Assembly: GCA_025201805.1 (NCBI GenBank)
Contig: MU619295.1
Coordinates: forward strand, 1-45,073
DNA length: 45,073 bases
From: Parasitella parasitica NRRL 2501
Lineage: Eukaryota > Fungi > Mucoromycota
Reading direction: 5' to 3'
Numbering within the stretch: position 1 is the stretch's first letter; every line of letters begins with the position of its first letter. A program made the translations under genes and the position numbers. The notes under the pieces are model-generated. The model was given only the letters and a program-made list of their open reading frames with translations, made no database searches and was not told where the DNA came from. Below are positions 1 through 11,003 of this stretch, one piece after another.

Positions 1-1855
1 CAAGAAATGTGCAAGAGCTTCGCTTCGAAATTTCTACTGAAATGTATGAGCACTGTCTCTTGGACTTAAATGATATCTTGGCAGACCATTGTTATGATTT
101 GAAGTCAATGGAAGGGTTCAGCAGCGTATTTCCCAATACTGATACCCGAACCGATAGAACCACAAACCACTCCAACACTTATGAGAGAATGCATAGTCTG
201 CTGTATGCTGAATCATTAGATGCATCTGATCCTGATCTTTTGCCTTTCAATGAAAGCCAAGCTTTAGTTTATGATGCTATTAAAGCATCTGCTTTTCTCG
301 AAAATCCCCAAGGATCCCGCATTTTCTTCGTTGATGGTCCAGGTGGTACTGGTAAGACATTTGTGTTTAATGCACTTCTTAATCGTGTGAGACGAGAAGG
401 TCATATTGCAATTGCTGTGGCATCAAGTGGAACTGCTGCATTGTTGCTCAAAGGCGGACGTACTGCTCACTCTACCTTCAAGATACCTTTAGAAGTAGGC
501 AATACTAGCATGTGCGACATTTCGCCCCGCTCTAATATAGCATCATTTATCCAAAGAGCAAAAATTATTGTTTGGGATGAATGTTCAATGATTAGCAAGG
601 ACTTGATAGCAACAGTTGATCGCTCATTTCGTGATATAATGAATGCTGATCTCCCTTTTGGTGGCCTTCTCATGGTTTTTGGTGGAGATTTTCGTCAGAT
701 TTTACCGATAATCCGTGGTGCCAGCAGATCGGTTATTGTCGGCCAGTGCTTGAACAAAGCATGCTTTTGGCCATTGGTGGTCTCAATGAAATTGCACACA
801 AACATGAGAGTTCAACAGGCTCTTCAAACTGACAATCCAGGTCTTGCCAATGAACTTCAACAGTTCGCTGATTATCTACTTCAGGTTGGTCAAGGTACTG
901 TTCCTACAATTACTCTGCCCAGAGACATACCTACAGATTTTATCCAAATTCCTGAGGAGATGCTCATACCTGGAGATAATTTGATTAATTTGATAAGAAG
1001 CATATTCTTTGATATTGCGACTGCGGCCAACAGTCTTAATTACTTTGCTGGGAGGGCTATCTTGACTGCAAAAAACAGAGACGTCAAGGTGATAAACGAT
1101 ATACTCTTGGAGTGTATTGAAGGGCGCAAAATGTCGTACGTCAGTAGTGATCAAGCCTGCGAAGATGAATCTCAATTGACAATGCCGGTTGAGATGCTTA
1201 ACACCATCGAAAATGGGTCTTTGCCTCCTCATATTCTTGATTTGAAAATTGGTGCTCCAATTATGGCAATCAGAAATATTGATCCTACGGCTGGCATCTG
1301 TAATGGTACGAGATTAATCGTCAACTCTCTCATGACGAATGTCATCGAAGCAATCATTGCTACTGGGCCCAATGCTGGCAACATTGTTCTTATCCCTAAA
1401 ATCAAATTCATTTCTCTTGCCACTGAAGGCCTCTCACCTTTTGATTTTCAACGAATCCAGTTTCCCGTAAGACTGGCATTTGCGATGACCATCAACAAGT
1501 CGCAAGGGCAAACGCTAAATTCTGTTGGTTTGTACCTGCCAGGCCATTTATTTGGTCACGGTCAACTGTATGTCGCATTATCGCGTGTGAGGACGCCAAC
1601 TTCTATCAAAGTAATGATCTCTGATGATATATCCCGAATAGACAATCATACTGGGTCATATACTCACAATATCGTTTATCAAGAAGTTTTCTACAATGCA
1701 TAAGAACAAATAAAATTCAAATTATAAGCACTTTATTTCAATGGTAAAACAGGCCTGCGGCAGCACGAGCTGTACACCGCTTTAGTGAAGGGTAAATTTA
1801 CCGTAGCGAAGCGAAGGTGAAAATTTAACCGAACGTGGCGGTGTGATACAGCTCG
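1..1855 (+). mobile_element. Helitron (rolling-circle transposon), 3' portion; 5' part lies outside the window
   Basis: Intronless PIF1-like helicase ORF of Helitron RepHel type, followed by a GC-rich hairpin region (1754-1856) that ends in CTCG|T (1852-1856), a variant of the CTRR|T terminus. The exact end is inferred. Confidence 0.85.
3..1703 (+). CDS. Helitron RepHel protein, C-terminal PIF1-family SF1B helicase domain (5'-partial)
   Basis: Motifs GPGGTGKT (Walker A), ASSGTAALLLKGGRTAHSTFKIP, IIVWDECSM, FGGDFRQILP, RNIDPTAGICNGTRL, QFPVRLAFAMTINKSQGQTL and GHGQLYVALSRV. The frame is open to the window edge. Confidence 0.95.
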   Translation, partial: RNVQELRFEISTEMYEHCLLDLNDILADHCYDLKSMEGFSSVFPNTDTRTDRTTNHSNTYERMHSLLYAESLDASDPDLLPFNESQALVYDAIKASAFLENPQGSRIFFVDGPGGTGKTFVFNALLNRVRREGHIAIAVASSGTAALLLKGGRTAHSTFKIPLEVGNTSMCDISPRSNIASFIQRAKIIVWDECSMISKDLIATVDRSFRDIMNADLPFGGLLMVFGGDFRQILPIIRGASRSVIVGQCLNKACFWPLVVSMKLHTNMRVQQALQTDNPGLANELQQFADYLLQVGQGTVPTITLPRDIPTDFIQIPEEMLIPGDNLINLIRSIFFDIATAANSLNYFAGRAILTAKNRDVKVINDILLECIEGRKMSYVSSDQACEDESQLTMPVEMLNTIENGSLPPHILDLKIGAPIMAIRNIDPTAGICNGTRLIVNSLMTNVIEAIIATGPNAGNIVLIPKIKFISLATEGLSPFDFQRIQFPVRLAFAMTINKSQGQTLNSVGLYLPGHLFGHGQLYVALSRVRTPTSIKVMISDDISRIDNHTGSYTHNIVYQEVFYNA

Positions 1856-1856
1856 T
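1765..1856 (+). repeat. Long imperfect inverted repeat at the Helitron 3' end
   Basis: ACGAGCTGTA (1765-1774) pairs with TACAGCTCGT (1847-1856). CACCGC (1775-1780) pairs with GCGGTG (1838-1843). The inner palindrome GGTAAATTTACC (1791-1802) can pair with GGTGAAAATTTAACC (1816-1830). Confidence 0.85.
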
Positions 1857-1945
1857 TGAACTCTAAAAAAAGGGAATTTATATTATATGAAGCGAGGAAA
1901 TAATTTTTGTGATGCAAATCAAGTAGTATATAAAGAAAAAGACTT

Positions 1946-3384
1946 TCAGCCCTTAAGTTCACCCCAAAGAAAGGGCAGAATGGTAGAGCATGCAGTGAAA
2001 AATACTGTAAAGGCCTTGAGGATATTTTCAGGAAGGCCAAGGATACCACCATCTCTAATCATGACGAAAATAGCGTACATGGCGACTCTAAAAAAGTGAT
2101 AGATGAGAGAAAAAGGAGAGTGATTCATGCCAGCCAAAAGGTTAATAGGACCGGCAATGCAATCACCACCTAGTTTGAAGTACTCAAAACAACCCTTTTG
2201 AATAACCAACATGTCGGGGGTATGTGCAGCAAAAACAGAGTATAGGGACATTGCCAATACATTGATGACAGCAGAATAAGTCTTTCGCTTCCAATGGAAA
2301 GCATCCATAGCCTGGATGACCAAATCAGAATCAGCGAAAGAGGAAATGTTCTTCTTACAAAGTAGTTCGCGACAAGTAAGTACATCTTCAAGGGCAACGG
2401 TCATGCCGCCGCCAGTCAAAGGAGAACGAACATTCAAAGCATCGCCCAAAAGAATAGATCCATCACGCTGATTGATAGTAGGGGGAAGAAACCCACTAGG
2501 CATTGGCCTTAAGCGCTCAGTCTCAAGAGCTCGCATAAACTTTTCTCTCATGTTGACAGGTAATTGGGGGCAGACAACATCTTGCATATATTTTTTAAGC
2601 TCACCAGTCGAAACCTTGGGCAATTCTCCAGGAACATCAACAAGAACGCGAGTATCATGAGGTGCAATTTGGTACATCAAAATGGGAGATGGCTTAGCAA
2701 TAGCAACGAAACCTTTTTGAGAGTAAGGCAGCTCGAAATCATGAATGAGAAACCCGACAAAATGAGACATGACATTGGTTTGACGATCAGTGAATTCTCT
2801 TCGAAATTTAGAAAAGATGCCATCAGCAACAAGAGTAAGAGGTGCATAAATCCTTTCTTCTTGACCATCCTTTACGCCAGCAACAACTCCAATGACCTTT
2901 TCTCGAATATCTTCAGTCAACAGACGAGAAACGGTCATTTCCTTGACAGTAACATTCTTAGTGTTGGTAGCAGACTTTCTTAGATTTTGGATGAAACGAC
3001 CATGGTGGAAAGCAACACCACAAGCTTGTTTTCCAGTAGTAGGATCCATGTTATAAGGAAGTTCAACAATTTTACCAGCGCGATAAACACTATAACCATA
3101 GCAATTAATGCCATCGATATTTTTGGCACAATCTATGTAGTCTTGTTAAATTATGCAACAGCAGCAAATATAAATTTATGCATACCTTCCATCCCGAGTT
3201 TTCTTAAAGCATGCATACCTCCAGGCTGCATCAGCTCACCAACAATTCTGTTAGGTTCACTCAAATCTCGCTCTAGCAGCAGTACCCTGCGCCCATCTTC
3301 TCCAAATGCTTTTGCGGCAGCGCAACCAACAACACCAGCTCCAACAATAATCATATCGTATTCACTTATTACATCTGTAGTCAT
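1946..3384 (-). CDS. ERG1: Squalene epoxidase (squalene monooxygenase), 2 exons; intron 3133-3185
   Basis: FAD motif IIVGAGVVG, ERDLSEPNRIVGELMQPGG, ADGIFSKFR, LGDALNVRSPLTGGGMTVAL and a hydrophobic C-terminus. A GTATGC...TAG intron joins the two ORFs in frame. Confidence 0.96.
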
Positions 3385-3922
3385 GTTCAACGATTGCTAG
3401 TATAATATACTGTTAATAATTTGTTTAGAAATTAGATAAAAAAAACATGTGCAACTCCACTTTATATACCGTTTTAAGCAATTATGAAACCATAAAACAA
3501 CATCTGATTTTTCTTGTAGGTTTTTAAATGTTCAAAAAATCATGCAATATGTACACCTATATTTGTACATAGTTGATGAATATCAAGTAAAATCTGGATA
3601 CGGACATCCATACAGCAAGATACTGTTTGATTATAAATCGCGAGTATTCTAATATCAAACACACGCTAATCGTCTCTTTTTTTTTATCTTTCAAGGCAGC
3701 CGGTCTTCTCATCCGATTTTCTTGCGCTAAGTTTTGAGCATAAAGCTATTTACGCGTATTTAATTTTTCATTGGCCCTAGTCGACTGCTCACTGTCCCTT
3801 GCAACAATCCCTGAACACGCTGACCTGATAAATCATCCCTAACGAAGAGTAATTTGATCTGGCATCTGGATCCTTAATATTGGATGGATCTGAGATGGCA
3901 GCCAAATTTGACAGGTGGACCC

Positions 3923-3985
3923 TAGCAATCAGGCACTGCATAGTAACCAGGCACTACATAGCAACCAGGCATTTTATAGCAACCA
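3923..3985. repeat. 18-bp tandem repeat, about 3.5 copies (TAGCAACCAGGCACTRCA-like)
   Basis: Units start at 3923, 3941, 3959 and 3977, in the divergent ERG1/SAPS intergenic region. Confidence 0.85.
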
Positions 3986-4478
3986 ATTTTAAAGTAGCTG
4001 GTTCGTGATGGCAATATGGGTAAGCCGAGATGTAGTAATGTTTAAAATATATTTCCCTTGGATTTCGGTATCTACAATGAAGAATTGAATCAAGAAAACC
4101 CGAATTGAGTGCGCACAAACATTTGTATTGTTTATACATCTTTATGCACCTTAATCTTACTATTGATCTACAATATGGGCACTCCAGATGACGCCCCTCC
4201 CAACAAAAGGGCTGATGACATCCATTTGCTATTGAAAGTCCTCTGAAATGATTGCAGGATATTGCAGAACAATAAAAAAACGGCCATCAATTTTACATGT
4301 ATGATTTCAAAGCTGGTCACTTGGGTTGTTTTCCTCCTTTTTCGTTATTAGTCCCTTATTTTTATTTTCGCATCTTTTTTTTTTTCTCTTTCTCCTCTCC
4401 ATTTTTTTTTGTATTGCCTTTTTTTTACACAAAATTTTTATACAAAAAAAAGAAGAAAATCAGAGAAAATAACACAGA

Positions 4479-7400
4479 ATGTTTTGGCGGTTTGGTTTTA
4501 CTAGTTCCACATTAGACGCTTTATTAGAAAAAGAAGATGTAACACTAGAAGAAGTCTTGGAGGAAGAAGATTTATTGCAGGAAGCCAAGTCGATGAGTCC
4601 TAAATTAGTAGAGTTGTATGTTGATATTAAGGCATTTATTGTGAAACGCGTTCAACTTATCTTTGCAATCTAGTTTGAGCAAACCAGAGCACATCAAGGC
4701 CTTGTTAACTTACACCACAGCTACCGACTTGGAAGAGAATAAACGATTCAAGTAAATAGATGCTATAAATTATTTTAATTTCTTACTAAACTAACCTGTC
4801 GATTCTGTACAGATATCCCTTTCTTGCTAGTGAAATTATTGCATGCGAGATTCAACCTATTATCGATGCTATTGTGCTTGAGCATAAAGATTTACTAGTC
4901 GAATTCTGGGCTTACCTAGATCGTCCAGCTTACCCAAGAAGAAGAGCCTCAGATACTTCTGAAAACAATGAGCAACAGAATATTGGATTAGATTCATTGC
5001 AGGCATCTTATTTTTGTAAAACAATTGGTGTTTTATTATCTAAATATCCTATCGAGGTAATTGGGTTCTTTATTCGGGCAATTTTGCATACTCATATCCA
5101 TGCTAGATGATGGCTTTTATTCAATCTGACGCTGGTAACTTGGAGAAAATACTATCGCACCTGCAGACATCCGCTATTATGGATTTACTATTGACTCTTG
5201 TTCGTATGGAAGAATTACCTGAGGGAAAGGGTGTTGTTAAGGTGAGTAATATATTTTGGTGGTTAGTATATGTTTGTCTCAATGTTTGTATGCGCGCATG
5301 AGTAGTGGCTAAGTGATCACAATTTGCTTGAAAATTTGGTTGATCGACTTGACCCTTATCTTGATAGCGAGGTAATTTTACATGCAATCTCTCTTTGCGA
5401 AGGGTCATTATTGATTGTGGCGTTAGGAACATTCAATTGCTCAACAATGTATATGTGAAATTATTCGAATGTCTCAAACTAGCTTACCAGAATCACCTAG
5501 CATCGGCATCAATGAGCTAATCACTGACTTGAAGAGGTATGATAATTATTATCGCAACCTTGAAGAAAGGGACGCAAACGCAACTAACTATCTATTAGCG
5601 AACCAACAATGCAAAAGCTAGCAAAATTCATGTTGGATCCCGTTGCTCCCAATGCAACATCTACGCTGATCAACGGCGTTTCCATCATTATTGATATCAT
5701 TCGACATAACAATAGTGATTTGGAAAACGATCCTGCTGTCGCTGCTCTGTACGATTATCAATCTACTGCCGTTCGTGCCGGTGGTTCTGTATCATTAGCT
5801 GATATGCTTAGAGTCATGGGAGACCATGTTCCTGAATTCACACATTTATTATTAAAGCCTCGATCTGTAAATGGCCCCATCCGCACTACGTTGGGCGAAC
5901 TCGAGCCTCTTGGATTTGAAAGACTCAAAATTTGCGAATTATTTGCAGAACTGCTGCACTGCTCCAACATGTCCAACCTCAACAACTTCAGTATGACGCT
6001 TGAAGAAGAAGAGGAGGAGGAAGCTGAATTAGAGGATAAATCACCAGAGGAGCAAAACCCTGAAAAGGAGGCTGAAAAGGACGAAGAAACAGAGGATGCA
6101 AAAAAAGAGATGTCAAAATCTGACACAGGACCCGACTTATCTGTAGGAGACTACTTGAAATCTAAATTCGTAGACAACAGAGCCATGCCAATCTGTGTGG
6201 TAAGATTCAATTGAGTATAGAGGCATGTTAGAACAGAAATCTAATCAATTTGGGTATAGGACTTATTTTTCGCATTTCCATGGAATAACTTTTTACATTA
6301 TGTGATTTACGACATGTTGCATCAAGTATTTAATGGTCGCATGGATGTTGGTTTGAACCGCAATTTGGCTATTTCTATTCTAAAGGATGGGCAATTGACA
6401 GATAAAATTGTTATTGCTCAAAAATCAAACGATGAAGAATGGTATAAAGAAAAGCGAAAACCAATTGAATGCCTAACCATCTTTCTTTATTGACAGTGCT
6501 AAACCTAAAGGCATGCGTGCTGGTTATATGGGCCACTTAACCTTTATTTCTGACGAAATTATGAAACTATTTGAAGGCTATCCAGAAACCATTGTTTTGG
6601 TTGTTAAGGATGACATTGATATGGAAGGCTGGAACGCTTACTGTAACCATGAATTGAAAGAAACCAAAGACAGAGATCAGTTACCTCTCGGTGGATTACG
6701 TCCAAATGATGAGCTAGATGTGCCGCAGAGTGAGGATGAAGACGACGAGGATGCTTTAGAAGGCGCTGCTGCCAGTCAATATTCTAGATTCTTGGCACAA
6801 CGAGGAGAAGATGGTAATTTCGAAGATGACAACGAGGATGACAGCGATCATTGGATTACGTAAGTGAACTTGCATCAATTGTCATTCATACAAGCATAAT
6901 ACTGATTGATGGTATACTTTTAGTGGGAGAGACGACTTAAATAGAGACTATACTTACAATAATGAAGGCTTTTCTGTAAATAGCAAAAACGAAATTCATA
7001 TAAATCAAGATAGCCTCGAAGAAGATGAGGATGACTATGATAGTAACGGCGACGATGAGGTTTGTATCTGTGTTTGGATGCATCGTGAGCGATCAGCTAT
7101 TGACGTGTTTTTCGCTTGTAGGAAAATGATAATAGCTTTACACCAGACTGGACAAGAAACTTTTCTAAATTCTCACAAACTGGTCTTCACCGCACTGCTA
7201 GCCACACAGCCAACAACGATTACGAGGATGGTGATGATTTTGACCACTTGGCTGATGCTGAAGAACTGAAAAGACGAGCAGCTCTCAGAGAAGCATCCTA
7301 TAAAGTAGAGCAAAACTATAACGAGGTCGATAAAAACGATGAAGAAGATGACTTTGGTGATTTTGAAAGCGCACAGGGCGAGGAGAACGGCCAACAGTGG

Positions 7401-7568
7401 GACATAACACATAGCATGAAAAAATTGGATATTTCTGAAAAAGACACGACCTCTTCGCCACCCGTGCAAGATGCTCATTTAGTTAGAGCTATCAAAACCA
7501 AAGAAGAAGAGTATCTGAAACAGAAAGAAGACTATCAGCATGATGAAGAACAAGAAGGCGAAGTATAA
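4479..7568 (+). CDS. SAPS-domain protein (SIT4/PP6 phosphatase-associated regulatory subunit; SAP155/185/190-Ekc1 family), multi-exon
   Basis: Family N-terminus MFWRFGF, YPFLASEI, SAIMDLLLTL, PLGFERLKICELFAELLHCSNM, FPWNNFLH, GYMGHLTFISDEI and an acidic low-complexity tail. The ORF pieces are joined by canonical short introns. Confidence 0.92.
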
Positions 7569-7775
7569 TCAGTGATTCTACTAGCTTACCCTTCTTATCC
7601 CAATGATATCATATATATTATACTGTCTACTCTTTCTTGCTCTCATTCTCCTCCTCCCCCTCCTCCCCCTCCTCTATTTCTATCTCTCTTTTCTCTATGT
7701 TTAATGTTGTAGTAAATAAAATCTATTATTCTTTTTGTGTGTGTGTATGATAATACAATAAAAGATGTGCTTTAT

Positions 7776-9704
7776 TTATAAATTATTTGGTAGGAAGCTC
7801 CAAACTGTGCCAGTTATAGCCATAATAACAGACACGGTTAGTAAACTGTAAATCAAAAAAGACTCTTTGAATGTTATCTCGCCTTGAAACAGTTTGACAT
7901 AGCATATCAAAGGAAAGATAGCTGAAATACCGAAACTAAAAAGGGCACCAAGCAGCGACTAGATGCATACATGTAAATAAAATGCTTCAAGTAAACCTAA
8001 TTTACTCACCATCACTCGATCAAAACCCGGAAACACTGTGGCAACCAGTATCACCATTAAACTTGCCATAACTCTACCCAAGCCAGTGATAAACTGCCGC
8101 CTCCAATTGTGGTATTTACACCATGCTTCCACGTTGGCATAACTTGTGATCCAGAGTTCATAAGTTATACTGACAGGATTCATCATCAGGCCGTATTTTG
8201 CGATAGGCGTCAATACAATAAGCCAGATTGCTAAGCGGTTTACCCATTTAGAGTAGCCAGGAGTCGAAGCCAAGTTCTGGGTGATCTATGTACGTACACA
8301 AAAAGTTTAATGTTTGTTATTGTGGCTCGTTCCATTATACAGTACCTCCTGCATTGTTTCTAAACCAAACATCGTGTACCCAGCAATAGCCATTGTAATA
8401 TAAACACCTACTGTAATGATGTACGTTATGTCGACCATTGCTTCGTATTGCTTGGGATTCTCCATATCTCGATAAATTGCGGGGAACACTGCATGTCCAG
8501 CAAATCCCGCCATCATCAAACCGAAACTCAGAGGCAAGTTGTACATTTCAGAGGGTATAACCTCGGTGTACTGGAGAATACAAAAACTCTAAATGAGCAC
8601 ACCATGTTTCAATTGCAATGTCAAAATATGCACCTACCATGGGATCCAACAAGCTTCCAGGTTTTTCCGTTTTCGAGATGCCATCGTAGATGACAATGGT
8701 GACCAAACAAGCGCAGCTAATTATACCTATCAGACTGGTGTAAGCCAGTTTTCTGATAGGCAAGAATAGCATGGGAGTTAGCCCAATAAACGAAACTATG
8801 CGGATCGAGATCATATCAGTAGATGGAAATAGCGACACGATACCATCTCCCAATAACACAACCATTGCTACGCTAAAATCACACAAAGGTTACAAAATGA
8901 TTCATGTATATAACATATAGCCACGCATGCTTACCCAATTGTCATTAGTTCAACTACAAAGATAACACTAACAAATGCTCTCACTCGATCACTGCCAAAC
9001 GCAGCAGCTCCCATATCTCCGTAGGTAGCTGAATTCGGCCAAGCATCCAGGCAACGTGCAATCAGTTTCGCAGTGTAGTTTGTTGATAATGAGCAAAACA
9101 AGAATATCAAGGAGCCCATCAGCCATCCTGCGCAGCGAAACGCTAACGGCAAAGCTAGTACACCAATACCTACCAACACATTGACAGAATTAAACACAGA
9201 TTGCACAAACGTTGATTTTTGAGGCACAGTTACTGCTGTCAGCGTGCTGTTTGCATGAAATTGCTGAGATATCATCGAGGCCACGGTCGTATGGCGAGAA
9301 AGCTGAGGAAAACCATGGAGAGATAGTGTCTGTGTTAGTGTGTGATCTAACGGCAATAGCTTTGGCTTTATCTGCTCTTCTTCCACCAAGGCCTCCTCTA
9401 AGAAATCTTCACCATGCCTTGTGCCAGGATTTGAAGTAGCGATACTGAGATTCTCTGCCATGTACAGCGCCGAAGCCCGAGAGTAAGAACCAGCAAATGA
9501 CTCTAGTTGACCACGAAATGATGAGGAAGGAGATCCTTGATGTGAGCCTCCATGTGCACTGAAGTAGAAGTTACTGCTATTGTTATCATCTATTAACGCA
9601 CCATAGTTTGCGCTAGGAGTTTGCAGATGAGAAGGGTGTGTATTGAGTGGCACTCTTATGTGCACTGGTGAGGAAGGTGCCGTGGATGATTTTTTGTCAG
9701 CCAT
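7776..9704 (-). CDS. AVT1: Vacuolar amino acid transporter (Aa_trans/SLC38-like, AVT1 type), multi-exon
   Basis: STFVQSVFNSVNVLVGIGVLALPLAF, YTAKLIARC, TYGDMG, FGLMMAGFAGHAVFPAIYRDM, multiple TM segments and the N-terminal FAGSYSRA segment. The last exon ends GTVWSFLPNNL*. Confidence 0.88.
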
Positions 9705-11003
9705 TTTCCTTTTGTAAGCAGTGAAAAGGGTGTAAATTGCATTCCCTAATCATGATTCATCTTGTATTTATATGTGCTTGCGTATGATGAAGAAGCACTT
9801 GAAACTGTTTGAAATTATAATCCGTAAATACAAAACTCTTAAAACCAAAAGGGGGCCCTAAACGTTTCCTTATTAGAGTGGCTATTGCAGAATGTACAAA
9901 AGAGTGTATCATAGCACACTGTATAGTATGCAATAGCGAGGTATGTGTTATTATATAGCTCCCACACAGCAATGAGGGCAATCCACACGGATGAAAGCAT
10001 TTCATGCATGTAATATTTTGAGGCCTTTAATTAAGGCTGATTTTTAGTGTGTTGTTGTCTAGCAGCAGATCCTTGTCTAAACTCGAAAATTTAACTTTAT
10101 TTCGTGTATGTGAGCACATTTAGTAGGCATTACACGATTTTAAAAATGTCCAACAAGCCGATCTGCATAATTAACTCATTTACCACGCTTCCTTATTTAA
10201 ACAATCGTCATGTCATTGTGTACATATAAAACGAGAATGTTTCAAGTGTCCATGAGAAGCATTTAATAAAACTACATGTATTACTGCGTATCAGAAGACT
10301 TTTACTTGAAAATGAAATAATTTTTTTAAGCTGCAAACAGATTCTTTGATACATCTATAAATACAATTTCTATGCATGCCAGTAATCAATTGGTCAGCTT
10401 AGCACGATATCTGACACAGACCGTTTACATCTTGTTGGATCGATTACTGTATATTTGTTTTTTCGAAAAACGGTGTTTATCTACTCTCCCAGGTCAACCA
10501 AAAATATACAGCATAGACAAATAATATGCCCCAATTTAGTGCTATTTGAATAAGTATTTACGCTGCGTCATATATCCTAAAATAAGTTTTCGTTGTGCTT
10601 GAAAGAATCGAGATTTCAAAGTATGGTAGTTCCAGAGACACTATTCTTAAAGCAAAGAATGAATGTTTGAGGCAATTATTCCAGCAAAAACTGATTATTT
10701 TTACGTACTTGATAAGCTGTCATTTATAGAGCAATCGCAATATCTTGTTAAAGATGTCGTAAGAAAAAGAGCCTTCCACGTTCATCTAAATTATAATCAT
10801 TTTCTTTGTCGTTCACTACAATAAATCAATGCGTTTAAACTGTCTATATTTTACTCAACCCATCATTAGCAACCCGGTACAGTCATGTAAAAGGTGTGTT
10901 GGCAGTTCTAGTTTGTATAAATGTATCTGAAGATCAATGTATTACATTTTTCTATATGCTTCACCACTGTTTTATTAAAAATAAAAACCAAGAGATGCAT
11001 GTA

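Noticed and set aside
1704-1945. Fanzor/TnpB gene, guide RNA or ribozyme at the Helitron end
   Set aside because: No RuvC-like ORF is present and no hammerhead or HDV core was recognised; the structure is explained as a terminus.
2095-2265. Terbinafine-resistance substitutions in ERG1
   Set aside because: The relevant segments (SLYSVF, GCFEYF, YHFF) look wild-type by eye.
3923-3985. CRISPR-like array
   Set aside because: Contiguous 18-bp units with no unique spacers, no cas genes, and a eukaryotic context.
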